From positions 10,165 through 74,164 of IMG/VR virus record IMGVR_UViG_3300033075_000403: 64,000 nucleotides of DNA; one strand, given 5' to 3'. A program made the translations under genes and the position numbers. The notes under the pieces are model-generated. The model was not told the origin of the DNA, made no database searches, and was given only the letters and a program-made list of their open reading frames with translations. Origin of the DNA: a virus. Lineage: Duplodnaviria; Caudoviricetes. Of the stretch, positions 36,982 to 46,525 are shown piece by piece. Every line of letters begins with the position of its first letter. Positions within the stretch are counted from its first letter, which is position 1.

Positions 36982-38580
36982 ATGGCCCGCTTAGGTCGTC
37001 GGCAATCGTTTCCCTGGAAACGCCGCAATCCGCCTGTGATTGTTCCGGCGCTGACGACCTACGCCACAGCCGGCACCTACTACTGGATCGCCCCAGCAGC
37101 CGGCACCATCAACGTCAAAGCCTATGGCGGTGGTGGTGGTGGCGGTGTCGGCATTTACCCAACAGGAACTGGCGGAGGTGGCGGTGGGGCCTATTCCGAG
37201 GTCGCGGCGCAGTCAGTGACGGCAGGCCAGTCGGTCACGATTGTCGTCGGTACTGGTGGCGGCAGTGTAACGAACGGTGGTGACTCGTCAGCCGATTCAT
37301 TTTGCGTGGCCAAGGGTGGTAGTACGACAACCACGGCTCTCACAGGTGGTATTGGCGGGCAGTCATCGGCTGGCACTGGGGACATTAAGTATTCGGGTGG
37401 TAATGGCGCTCCATGTCAGACAGGTGGAAGAGGGGCAATCTATGGTGGTGGTGGGTCATCTGCTGGTACGGGTGCGGACGGCACAACGGCTACTGTAGCA
37501 GTTGGAGCGGTAGCTCCGTCGGGTGGCGGTGATGGCGGAAACGGTCAGGCATCGAGCGGTCTAGCGGGTTCATCCCCAGGCGGTGGTGGAGGGCAAGGTG
37601 GATCTGGTACAGGCGGCACGGGTGGCGATGGCAAGGTGCTGGTGCTGTTCACCGTTGGGGTTGCTACCACCACCTATACCGGCACAGGAACGCTGACAAG
37701 CGGAGTGGCGACGCTCGCGGGATCAGCAACTTTCGTCAAGCCAACTTACACGGGTACAGGGTCGCTCGTTTCTGGTATTTCGACGCTGATAGGTGTCGCC
37801 ACATTTACCAAGCCAACCTACACGGGGACTGGCTCGCTCACAGCCGCACCGTCCATACTATCCGGCTCTGCTACGTTTGTCGTGCCAACCTACACCGGGG
37901 CAGCCGCGCTGACCGTCGGACCATCCACGTTGGTAAGTTCCGCTGCGTTTACACAGCCGACATTTACAGGAATCGGTTCGCTAGTCGTTGCGCCAACAAG
38001 TTTGGCAAGTTCCGCAACCTTCACCACGCCGACCTACACCGGGACTGGATCTCTAACCGTTGCGGCATCAAGTTTAGTGGCAGTGGCAACTTTTGTTAAT
38101 CCGACCTACACTGGTGCAGCGACGCTTACTTCGGGGTCAACAACGGTTGCGGCTGCGGCGACGTTCACCGTTCCAATTTTTACAGGAATTGGCTTGCTGG
38201 CTATCGCACCGGCAAGTTTATCTGCTTCGGCGACTTTCCAGCCACCACCCGTCTACGGGACAGGTGTACTGACCGTGGGGACCGTCCTGTTGAGTGGGGC
38301 GGCGGTGTTTTTTATCCCTCCGGTAACTGGAAGCGGAAACCTGATCGTTGGGGCTTCTCTACTTTCCGGTTCCGCGATATTCACCACCATACCGTCGTTC
38401 GCCACAACTACGGACACCACCCTGTTCGTCCAACTACGATCAGAGTCCACCGTCTGTGCATCCATTGGACCCTCAGACGGTTCTTTGTTCACCCATTTGG
38501 AAACGATCTCCATATCCGCTACGTCGTTGGGTTCCGACTCAACGGCTGGCTCATATCGACAATCAGACACACTGGATTAG
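36982..38580 (+). CDS. fibre-like protein: glycine-rich domain plus ten 24-aa repeats
   Basis: repeat unit PTYTGTGSL...L...ATF encoded at about 37670-38390. Confidence 0.72.
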   Translation: MARLGRRQSFPWKRRNPPVIVPALTTYATAGTYYWIAPAAGTINVKAYGGGGGGGVGIYPTGTGGGGGGAYSEVAAQSVTAGQSVTIVVGTGGGSVTNGGDSSADSFCVAKGGSTTTTALTGGIGGQSSAGTGDIKYSGGNGAPCQTGGRGAIYGGGGSSAGTGADGTTATVAVGAVAPSGGGDGGNGQASSGLAGSSPGGGGGQGGSGTGGTGGDGKVLVLFTVGVATTTYTGTGTLTSGVATLAGSATFVKPTYTGTGSLVSGISTLIGVATFTKPTYTGTGSLTAAPSILSGSATFVVPTYTGAAALTVGPSTLVSSAAFTQPTFTGIGSLVVAPTSLASSATFTTPTYTGTGSLTVAASSLVAVATFVNPTYTGAATLTSGSTTVAAAATFTVPIFTGIGLLAIAPASLSASATFQPPPVYGTGVLTVGTVLLSGAAVFFIPPVTGSGNLIVGASLLSGSAIFTTIPSFATTTDTTLFVQLRSESTVCASIGPSDGSLFTHLETISISATSLGSDSTAGSYRQSDTLD

Positions 38581-38589
38581 GAGCAACCC

Positions 38590-38883
38590 ATGTCTTACGA
38601 TTCCGCAAGCTACTTCATCGGCGATGTGAAGAAGTTCGAGGTCACGACGGTCAAGGACAGCGTGAACTGGTCCTGCACTGCTGTTACCCTCTATCTCGTT
38701 GACCCTGACGGCAACGTGGACTCCTACACCGCCACGCAGGACTCCACCTACGTCTGGAGCAAAACCGTCTCTACGGCCATCCTCGACCAGCGTGGGGATT
38801 GGAGACGCTATTGGACGGCCACCGATGGAGTCACCACCCTTACGTGTGGCGAGGTCGAATTTTATGTGAAACAGATAGAGTAG
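38590..38883 (+). CDS. small Ig-like (BppU N-terminal-like) virion protein
   Basis: VTLYLVDPDG...LDQRGDWRRYW. Confidence 0.6.
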   Translation: MSYDSASYFIGDVKKFEVTTVKDSVNWSCTAVTLYLVDPDGNVDSYTATQDSTYVWSKTVSTAILDQRGDWRRYWTATDGVTTLTCGEVEFYVKQIE

Positions 38884-39445
38884 ACTTTCACCGACATAGC
38901 TAAGTTAGTGGTAACTTACATCTCCAGCCCATACAGGGCTATCCCAGTCATCATCTCTATGAAAGAGTGAGAGAGGTGTTGGATAACTAAAGACACCGAG
39001 GCAGTGGGGTCCAGTCACCGTCCCACCGACTACTCCCAATTCTTCACACGCACCGTTGCGGATGACTCGTGGACCAGGACGTTAGCCCGTTGGTGGATCG
39101 ACTACCACCCCGTTGCCTGGAAAACCCACACCCCCTATGGGGTTTGTGGGGAAGAATTGTTTCGTCGTCCTCGCTGCATCACCGGGGGAGGTTGTAACCC
39201 CGTGTTTCGCCCATACCGTTTCTAGGAGAATGGGTGGTCTGTCCGCTTTTGGTTCCGGTACTGCGTCCGCCAACTCTCGAACCGGCCTACCCCCTGGTGG
39301 TAGGAACACAAGTCACCCTCTGCCGTGGAGAACCACAACCCACGAAAAAACCGCACACGGAACAGGTGAAGGCTGTATCCGGTGCGGTCTATCAGGCTTT
39401 CGCCTGTGTTCGGTGGTTGTAGCTCCTTCACAGCCCAACAGGGGT

Positions 39446-39533
39446 AGATTACACCCCCACCACCCCTTCCGTCAAGTCTTTCTGGATTTTTCTCTCAAGA
39501 ATCTTGACAGGGGGAGGGTGGCGAGCCTATACT
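39446..39533. promoter_or_regulatory. back-to-back divergent sigma70-type promoters
   Basis: plus: TTGACA(39504)-18 nt-TATACT; minus: TTGACG(39475)-18 nt-TAATCT; both spacers G-rich. Confidence 0.6.
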
Positions 39534-39663
39534 TCCTCCGCGTGGTGATGCAAGCACCACACACCGTACACCCCACGAAGCACGTCCGCCGTGCCAACAG
39601 CCGCCTTCCAGTTCGCTTGCATCGGACTGGCGGGCGGTTTTCTTTTACCCCAAGGACTTCACG

Positions 39664-40860
39664 ATGCATTGGACCGCCATCCTCACCGTCGCCGACACCG
39701 GGCCAAGGGAATCCCTGGTGGAAATGCTCGACAGCATCGGCATCGACTGCGTGATCCCCACCGACAAACTCCGCAGCACCCTCCAGAGCTGGGGTCTGGA
39801 TTGCATCCTCGATCCCTCCCGCCTCGAAGCCGAGATGGGGTACTCCGTCGCAGCACCACTCCCCCAGGTCGGACTCGAAGCCCTCGACCGCAAGGACACC
39901 CTGGTCGTTGACGTGAAAGCCCACCGCAACTACGACCGCATCCTCAAACACAAACCCAACCTCGCTGGTCGCATCCTCTGGTATCGCATCAACGGAGGAC
40001 AACCCGAACACGTCGTCAACGCCCGTGGGGACTTCGGAGACGAACGCAACCCACCCTGCCCCATCCTCACCCCCAACCTTTGGTACAAGCAAGAATTTGA
40101 GGACGTACCATGTGATGAGTGTCCTCCCGAAGAGCAAATCGACCTGACGGACCAAGGACTGCCCAGAATCGCGTTTAAGCCTTACCACTCGAAATGTGGG
40201 GGTAGAGGCGTTTTATCCGTCGAAATGCCTTGGCGGGGCAAATCGTTCGCTTGCTGGCCCCCTTTCTCAAGAATCTCCGAGTACAACGTCCTCCGTCGTC
40301 CGGGGGATGGGGTGAACGAGACGTGGAAGAAGTACGCCAACCCGGTGTGCCTGGTTCACAACCTCCAGGGGTGGGGGTACGGAAATCTCATAGAGCGTGT
40401 CCGTCAACTCGGTGTCAGATGCTACGGACTTGGTTCGCCGGACGGATTGCTTCAGCATGGTGAAGCTCGTATCCGATTAGAGTCGGCACTGGCTTTGGTT
40501 CACCTGAAGTCATCCGATGCTCCGGGGTACGCTTTGTATGAAGCACTCGCGTCTGGTTGCCCAATTATTTGCCCTCGCCGTTTGATATGGCGAAACCGTA
40601 TGGAAGATCTTTTGGTAGAGAATGAGACGTGTTTGTGTTTTGACAGAGAAACACATGATTCCCTATCGCCTGAAGAAGCAGTAACATGCTCCGCAGAAAT
40701 TGAAAAGCATCTGAAGTATCTTTCCAGCAACCGCAACAACAAAAAGATCGGGCTTGCGGGGAGGGAGAGGCTTCAGGAGGTCATGTGGTCCTCCAAACGC
40801 GATAAGGATGTGGAGTCACTGAGGAATTTCTTCAAGAAAAACTTCCCGAATATCGGATAA
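39664..40860 (+). CDS. GT-B glycosyltransferase (GT4-like)
   Basis: LVHLKSSDAPGYALYEALASGCPII; NETCLCF; IGLAGRERL. Confidence 0.8.
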   Translation: MHWTAILTVADTGPRESLVEMLDSIGIDCVIPTDKLRSTLQSWGLDCILDPSRLEAEMGYSVAAPLPQVGLEALDRKDTLVVDVKAHRNYDRILKHKPNLAGRILWYRINGGQPEHVVNARGDFGDERNPPCPILTPNLWYKQEFEDVPCDECPPEEQIDLTDQGLPRIAFKPYHSKCGGRGVLSVEMPWRGKSFACWPPFSRISEYNVLRRPGDGVNETWKKYANPVCLVHNLQGWGYGNLIERVRQLGVRCYGLGSPDGLLQHGEARIRLESALALVHLKSSDAPGYALYEALASGCPIICPRRLIWRNRMEDLLVENETCLCFDRETHDSLSPEEAVTCSAEIEKHLKYLSSNRNNKKIGLAGRERLQEVMWSSKRDKDVESLRNFFKKNFPNIG

Positions 40861-40982
40861 AGGGTTGCAACCGTCATAAAAGGCGGTATGCTCTCAACAT
40901 CCCCGGAGTGGGGTAACAGCGCTTGACTCCCGCTGGACTCGTCATCCGCCCCACTCCGGGTTTTCCTATCAAGAGACATGAC

Positions 40983-41789
40983 ATGCAAATTGGCATCATT
41001 GGGAATGGTACCGTGGGGTCGGCGATGCTGGTGGCGTACCAGCACCTCGGCCACGACGTACTGGCTCACGACATCGTGCCAGAGCGATCCCAGTGCAGTC
41101 TCTCCGAGGTCGTGAAACGGGAGCTGGTGTTCGTCTGCCTGCCTACTCCCAAGCGTGACGACTCCCTGCGGTGCAACACGCGGTCACTGGATACGCTGCT
41201 GTGGGAGATCATCCACCTGCAACCGGAAGCCAACGTGGTGATCCGGTCCACGGTTCCCATCGGCTACACAAAGTTGTTCCACGATCACGGTCTGAGCAAC
41301 ATCGTCCACTCCCCGGAGTTCCTCACGATGAGAACGGCGGTGGAGGATGCTCGCAATCCTCGACAACTCATCATTGGGTGTCCTGACCGGATGAAGCTGA
41401 CGGATGGGTCGTCCAAGTTGTTCCACTTCTACGCGGAGACGCACGAAGGGAACGGTGTGAAGGTGCTCATCTGTCACAGCGATGCCAGCGAAGCGATCAA
41501 GCTGATGCAAAACAGCTTCAGTGCCGCCAAGGTGAGCCTGTTCAACGAGTTCTACCAGCTGTGCAAGTCCACGAAGATCGACTGGGATACGGTGGTGATG
41601 GGTCTGCTCAACAACGGGTGGATCAACCCGATGCACACCGAGGTTCCAGGACCGGATGGTCAGTTCGGCTACGGTGGCGCATGCTTCCCCAAGGACATTG
41701 CGAATCTCGTGACGTGCATGCGTGACGCCGGTGTGAGTCCGACCATGCTTCTTGCGTCGATGGAGAGGAATGCTGTAGACAGGGGGTGA
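40983..41789 (+). CDS. ugd: UDP-glucose/GDP-mannose dehydrogenase family protein (short form, no C-terminal domain)
   Basis: IGIIGNGTVG, VFVCLPTP, IRSTVPIG, SPEFL, EAIKLMQNSF.AAKVSLFNE, GYGGACFPKD (catalytic Cys). Confidence 0.88.
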   Translation: MQIGIIGNGTVGSAMLVAYQHLGHDVLAHDIVPERSQCSLSEVVKRELVFVCLPTPKRDDSLRCNTRSLDTLLWEIIHLQPEANVVIRSTVPIGYTKLFHDHGLSNIVHSPEFLTMRTAVEDARNPRQLIIGCPDRMKLTDGSSKLFHFYAETHEGNGVKVLICHSDASEAIKLMQNSFSAAKVSLFNEFYQLCKSTKIDWDTVVMGLLNNGWINPMHTEVPGPDGQFGYGGACFPKDIANLVTCMRDAGVSPTMLLASMERNAVDRG

Positions 41790-41975
41790 TCCGTGTTCAA
41801 CGGAATGGGCGGCCTGGTTCCCGACTACGACTTCGTTTACGCCAGTGATTCCATCAACTCCAATCAAGAAAGCCTGTCTCACCGGAGCCGCCGTGTCAGA
41901 ACCAAGAGAAAGAAGCCACCGTGACGGTGGGTAGAGGATTCACCTGGAAGTTTCCAGGGGCGTTTACAGGGGAGG

Positions 41976-42242
41976 ATGCAGGGGATGACGAAGCAAGAAA
42001 AATACCTGGAAGGTGCTCACCGCAAGCTCGAAGAGGCGGCGCTGAATTACGCCAGAGTCCAGGCGAACGCCTGTTACGTCAACTCGCTTGGTGAATTGGT
42101 GATGTTGTCGCATGACGAAAAAGAAACACACTCGCTGTATTGGAGTCAGGCGATGATGGCTGCGGCAAAAATGCTGCTTATTGAGGTGTCGATGACGCCT
42201 TTGCCGCCCAGGTCCAGCAGCCATGCGGAGGCCACGACATGA
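41976..42242 (+). CDS. hypothetical protein
   Basis: GGAGG RBS; first of an ATGA-coupled chain. Confidence 0.55.
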   Translation: MQGMTKQEKYLEGAHRKLEEAALNYARVQANACYVNSLGELVMLSHDEKETHSLYWSQAMMAAAKMLLIEVSMTPLPPRSSSHAEATT

Positions 42243-42538
42243 TCGGAGCGAACACGCCACCGGGGACGGAAGTTTGGGAGCTTTGCCCCTACGACAAGTT
42301 TGTCACGGGCCCATATCGCCTTCTGCGCATGGAGGACGAAAAAGCAGTGATTGACCGGATTCTCGAAGAAGGTGAAGAATCTTTGCCATTCAGTTCGTTC
42401 CACCAAAAACGTGTCGATCTGTTCTTGACCAAGCGAGAGGCGATCTTGGCACTCGTCATCTACCGTCAGCATCGTCTTGACAGGGCCGTGGCGGAACTGG
42501 CCGCACACGACGCTGGGCAAGCGGAGGCCACGCCATGA
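42239..42538 (+). CDS. hypothetical protein
   Basis: GGAGGCCACGACATGA junction. Confidence 0.6.
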   Translation: MIGANTPPGTEVWELCPYDKFVTGPYRLLRMEDEKAVIDRILEEGEESLPFSSFHQKRVDLFLTKREAILALVIYRQHRLDRAVAELAAHDAGQAEATP

Positions 42539-42738
42539 CAGGATGGACGGAATTCATCTACCCAGTGTTCCCGCAGATTGCATGCGAATGCGGCGGTCTC
42601 ATGGCGTGGCAGCGCAACCCGCGTAACAACATGGTTGAGTTGCGCTGCAACAAATGCTGCGAACGAGCGGAGGTGCCTGTTGAGGACGACTGCCGCAAGG
42701 CGCTGGAACGCAATACTTGGAAAGGACCAAAGGCATGA
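42535..42738 (+). CDS. small Zn-ribbon protein
   Basis: CECGG...CNKC. Confidence 0.6.
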   Translation: MTGWTEFIYPVFPQIACECGGLMAWQRNPRNNMVELRCNKCCERAEVPVEDDCRKALERNTWKGPKA

Positions 42739-42977
42739 CCGACACAAACAAACTGGACAGGCCGCGACCGATCATGCCAGACTTGGAGGGTGACAATCTG
42801 GTCATTCAGGCAGTTATGATCGCCGCAACAAAACTTGCTCAACTGGAAAAAAACAGGACGCTGGACGAGCGGAGCAGACGGGAGTGCATGGCTGTTCGAG
42901 ACTTGTTGGAGCGAGCCGAGAATCACCTGATGCCAACGCTGGCGCAAAGCCGAAAGGCAATGGAGGCCACGCCATGA
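42735..42977 (+). CDS. hypothetical protein
   Basis: ATGA coupling on both sides. Confidence 0.6.
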   Translation: MTDTNKLDRPRPIMPDLEGDNLVIQAVMIAATKLAQLEKNRTLDERSRRECMAVRDLLERAENHLMPTLAQSRKAMEATP

Positions 42978-43216
42978 CCGACGAAGTTGATGATGACGAT
43001 TTCCGCCTCTGGAGCGACGGTAGGCTGGAGGAGGAAATTGGCGGGATACGCGACAGCATGCGTTTCTTCAAGGGCGATCAAGCCCGCGAGATGTCCGACC
43101 GGCACAATGTACTGGTTGACGAGTGGAAGCGTCGGAAGGCCGCGCCTGTGACCGACGAAGCCGCCCTGCAAGCCCTGCTCGACACAATCCAAAGGCAAAA
43201 TGATGCGCAAGCGTAA
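42974..43216 (+). CDS. hypothetical protein
   Basis: GGAGGCCACGCCATGA junction. Confidence 0.6.
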   Translation: MTDEVDDDDFRLWSDGRLEEEIGGIRDSMRFFKGDQAREMSDRHNVLVDEWKRRKAAPVTDEAALQALLDTIQRQNDAQA

Positions 43217-43427
43217 ATCAATCAACCTGAACTCGGATCTATTCTCAACAGGGGATGTCGCCTGGATTTGTGGGGTGAGTTCTCTGACGGTGCGGAAGTG
43301 GCAGGAGAAGGGTCTGTTGCCTGGACATCGAATCCCTGGAACGGTGAACCGACACCGCCGTTTCCGCAGGGAGGACGTGGTGAAGTTCATCAATGATCAT
43401 GGTCTACCCAATCCAGGATTGCACTGA
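43200..43427 (+). CDS. MerR/excisionase-type helix-turn-helix protein
   Basis: FSTGDVAWICGVSSLTVRKW...GLL..HRIPG...HRRFRREDV. Confidence 0.85.
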   Translation: MMRKRKSINLNSDLFSTGDVAWICGVSSLTVRKWQEKGLLPGHRIPGTVNRHRRFRREDVVKFINDHGLPNPGLH

Positions 43428-43431
43428 GCCT

Positions 43432-43700
43432 GCGGCGGCATGGGGGAAAATGCTTGGGAGAGTGCCCTGTGTCGCCGCTTTTGTACCCGCCAGCTTCGGC
43501 GGTAGGGTGAGGGTTAAATCCCCTCAACGGATGCCGTGCCGATGATTGACGTGGCGATATATCAACCTCCCACGTCATAGGCCCCTGAGCGTGGGTGATT
43601 CGCGCGTCCCACGGTATGGCGGAGGTCGATCCATACTCCGTCGAATGGTGCTCATGTACCGACGAACCCCGGTATCCACAACCAGCGATGGGTTCAAACT
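43432..43700 (+). ncRNA. candidate structured non-coding RNA or regulatory leader
   Basis: no credible ORF; six or more stems read by eye (see findings). Confidence 0.35.
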
Positions 43701-43709
43701 TACGAGGGT

Positions 43710-44075
43710 GTGATGAGACAGCAAGGTGCGGTGTGGATGGAGGGAGATGATGTCAAGTACGGATCATCGTTGCCGCATTCCGCACAAGATTATTTGCTAT
43801 GGTGTGGTGGTACGGCTAACTCCATTGAGATTGCCGACATTGTGGTGATGTCGAAACGTAGAAGTGGTATTGGACGAAAGCTCGTCAGTGCGATGCTTCT
43901 TGCACTGGACACCGAGACGGTGGTGTGGGCTTGTACGCGAACGACGAACGAGATTGCGCAGCAATTCTACGAGGCACTTGGGTTTGATGTGGCTGGTGTG
44001 GTGCGTCGTCTGCACGGTACGGAACAGGGTGCGGACGGGGTGATCTACCTGCGCCGTGCAGGTGGTCCAATCTGA
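43710..44075 (+). CDS. GNAT acetyltransferase
   Basis: IADIVVMSKRRSGIGRKLV (motif A), NEIAQQFYEALGF (motif B). Confidence 0.88.
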   Translation: MMRQQGAVWMEGDDVKYGSSLPHSAQDYLLWCGGTANSIEIADIVVMSKRRSGIGRKLVSAMLLALDTETVVWACTRTTNEIAQQFYEALGFDVAGVVRRLHGTEQGADGVIYLRRAGGPI

Positions 44076-44111
44076 AAACAGACGAAGTATGATTGCCCAA
44101 GGAGACAACCG

Positions 44112-44324
44112 ATGACGGATAAGAACGGGGACATTAAGACAATCCCCTTTGCAGCGCTGGTGATAGCAGCCGTATTGTTCGGCACGGTCGCAGGTCTTTT
44201 GTCCTGTGGACACTGCAACACGCGACCAGATGTTCCTCCCGCTGTGGACATGCGAGATGTCGGACAGGAGAACAACAACGGCATTCGTGTTCTGTTCTGG
44301 TCGAAGATGTTCGGTGCGTGGTAG
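44112..44324 (+). CDS. small membrane or lipoprotein-like protein
   Basis: hydrophobic stretch ending LLSC; AAGGAG RBS. Confidence 0.5.
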   Translation: MTDKNGDIKTIPFAALVIAAVLFGTVAGLLSCGHCNTRPDVPPAVDMRDVGQENNNGIRVLFWSKMFGAW

Positions 44325-44331
44325 ACGATCC

Positions 44332-45366
44332 ATGTCGAAACGAGTCCGAGACAGGTACAACCACAGGAAGGACGCACGCTTGAAGGTTGCTTCGATTGTG
44401 TACGCCACCGACCAGGGGTTGGGGTATCTGGCGAAGTCGTTCTGGGATGCGGGAATCCTATCGGAAGTCCTGATCGTCAAGCACCAGCACCGTCCTACGC
44501 ACCAGGAATGGTTCCCCGGTCAGACGATGGTGAACTGGTCGAGTCAGATGCCGAAACAGGCACGAGGTCTGGTACAGCGGTGTGACGCTCTCCTGTTCTT
44601 CGAGACTCCGTTTTGGTGGGACATCATCCCCTTCGCGCGAGAGCAGGGGAAGAAGACATTTCTTTGTCCGATGCACGAATGCGAACCGAAAGTCCTCCCT
44701 TACGTCCCTGACCGATACATCAACCCGTCCCTGCTCGACCAGAGGTGCTACCCGGACAACTCGGTGTTCATCCCGGTTCCGGTGGAGGATCTGTTCATCA
44801 ACCAGTGGCGGCAGAGGATGAGGGCGTACACGTTCGTCCACAACGCGGGACATGGGGGGCTGAAGGGGAGAAACGGGACACGGGAGTTGATCGAGGCGAT
44901 GCAGTACGTCAAGGCCGACATCGAGCTGGTGATTCGTTCACAGAAGCCTCTGGAAGGGATACCGAATGATCCTCGGATCAAGGTGAAGGTGGGGACTGTG
45001 CCACGCGAGCAACTTTACAGCGAGGGTGACGTGTTCATCTTCCCAGAGAAGTTCAACGGACTCTCCCTTCCTCTACAAGAAGCCTGCGCATCGGGGATGC
45101 TGGTGATGGCGACGGATCGTTTTCCGATGAACCAGTGGTTGCCCACGGAACCGCTGATCCCGGTGAAGAAGTCGGTGCAGAACGAAGTATCGGGTAGGTG
45201 TCGGACGTTCCTCGAAGCGGTGATCGACCCGGTGGACATCGCGGCGAAGATTGACGAGTTCTCGACACTTGAGATTGGACACTGGAGTGGTAAGGGGTAC
45301 GATTACGGCCAGCAGAACTCATGGGATGTTCTCAGGCCAAGGTATCTTGAGGAGTTGTCCAGGTGA
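44332..45366 (+). CDS. GT-B glycosyltransferase (GT4-like)
   Basis: FVHNAGHGG, DVFIFPEKFNGLSLPLQEACASGMLVMATD. Confidence 0.88.
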   Translation: MSKRVRDRYNHRKDARLKVASIVYATDQGLGYLAKSFWDAGILSEVLIVKHQHRPTHQEWFPGQTMVNWSSQMPKQARGLVQRCDALLFFETPFWWDIIPFAREQGKKTFLCPMHECEPKVLPYVPDRYINPSLLDQRCYPDNSVFIPVPVEDLFINQWRQRMRAYTFVHNAGHGGLKGRNGTRELIEAMQYVKADIELVIRSQKPLEGIPNDPRIKVKVGTVPREQLYSEGDVFIFPEKFNGLSLPLQEACASGMLVMATDRFPMNQWLPTEPLIPVKKSVQNEVSGRCRTFLEAVIDPVDIAAKIDEFSTLEIGHWSGKGYDYGQQNSWDVLRPRYLEELSR

Positions 45367-46274
45367 GGAAGCACCGTGTCCTGTACGTGGCCAACCACAA
45401 CCAGAAGTCGAGCAACGACGATGAAGGGGCGATCACCTACGCCCTTCGTCAACTGGGTCATGAGGTTATCACGGAACCGGAGAAGACGAGTTTACCACGG
45501 ATCGCTCAACTCTCGAAGGATTGCGACTTCCTCCTGTTCCACAAGTGGCAGGACACCCACTCGATGGCCGCTTCTCGGTGTCCCAACGTGATGTGGTACT
45601 TCGATCTGGTGGACTTCCCTGACCCCGGTTTGCGTCGTCGCTGTGTGGACCGCATTCGCTGGATGTTGAAAGTGCTTCCTCACGTCGCATTGGGATTCGC
45701 CACGGATGGGGACTGGGTTCGGAGAAACACCAAGAAGTTGCGGTGGCTACCCCAGGGCGCTGATGAGCGAATGCTGGCCGACCCTACGAAGATTCGATTC
45801 CCAGATCAACCGAAGATTCTGCTGGCGGCGTCGAGTAGGGGTGGGGAGAAGCGTGACTCGTTCATCGAGCACATGCGGACGTGGCACGCGGATCGTCTGG
45901 TGTACGTTCCACAGGGGGTATACCGAGAGAAGATGCGTGACCTCGTGGCTCAGTGTGGTGTGGTGGTCTGCCCTGACGGTCCTGTGACTTCGAGGTACTG
46001 GTCCAACCGCGTGTACAATATGACCGGGTTTGGTGGGTTAGTGTTCCATCCTCGGTGCGAGCGGTTGAACGATCACTTCGACGATGACGAAGTGTTGTCC
46101 TACACCAGTCGGGAAGAACTGGATGAGTTTCTCAAGTACCCTTTCGACTCGATGTGGTATCAAGACAACATGCAGTTGATGAAGTGTGGTTTGTTGCGCA
46201 CCATTGAGTGTCACACCTACCGCCACCGCGTCATGGAGATGCTGTCCTGTCTTGAGATAGAGGGAATCGTATGA
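45363..46274 (+). CDS. glycosyltransferase (CgeB/YkvP-like)
   Basis: WLPQGADE, YWSNRVYNMTGFGG, HTYRHRV terminal motif. Confidence 0.8.
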   Translation: MRKHRVLYVANHNQKSSNDDEGAITYALRQLGHEVITEPEKTSLPRIAQLSKDCDFLLFHKWQDTHSMAASRCPNVMWYFDLVDFPDPGLRRRCVDRIRWMLKVLPHVALGFATDGDWVRRNTKKLRWLPQGADERMLADPTKIRFPDQPKILLAASSRGGEKRDSFIEHMRTWHADRLVYVPQGVYREKMRDLVAQCGVVVCPDGPVTSRYWSNRVYNMTGFGGLVFHPRCERLNDHFDDDEVLSYTSREELDEFLKYPFDSMWYQDNMQLMKCGLLRTIECHTYRHRVMEMLSCLEIEGIV

Positions 46275-46525
46275 TGTACAAGATTAAACCTCTCAAGTGG
46301 CTGCACAACACGCCTCCGAGTGGGCCGGAGTGGTGGACCACATTCGGACTGGGCGGAGAGGGCAACGGGTCGGAGATGGGGACCATCGAGGTGTACCTCA
46401 GCAACTACGGTGGGTGGAAGATCACGGGAAGCAGCGAGAAGTTCGAGAACGCGGAAGACGCTAAGGAGGTCGTGGAGGATAACCACACCCGCTTGCTGCG
46501 TCTGTTCCTGGAGGAGACGCCCTGA
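46271..46525 (+). CDS. hypothetical protein
   Basis: IKPLKW N-terminus similar to the 7642-7914 protein. Confidence 0.6.
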   Translation: MMYKIKPLKWLHNTPPSGPEWWTTFGLGGEGNGSEMGTIEVYLSNYGGWKITGSSEKFENAEDAKEVVEDNHTRLLRLFLEETP

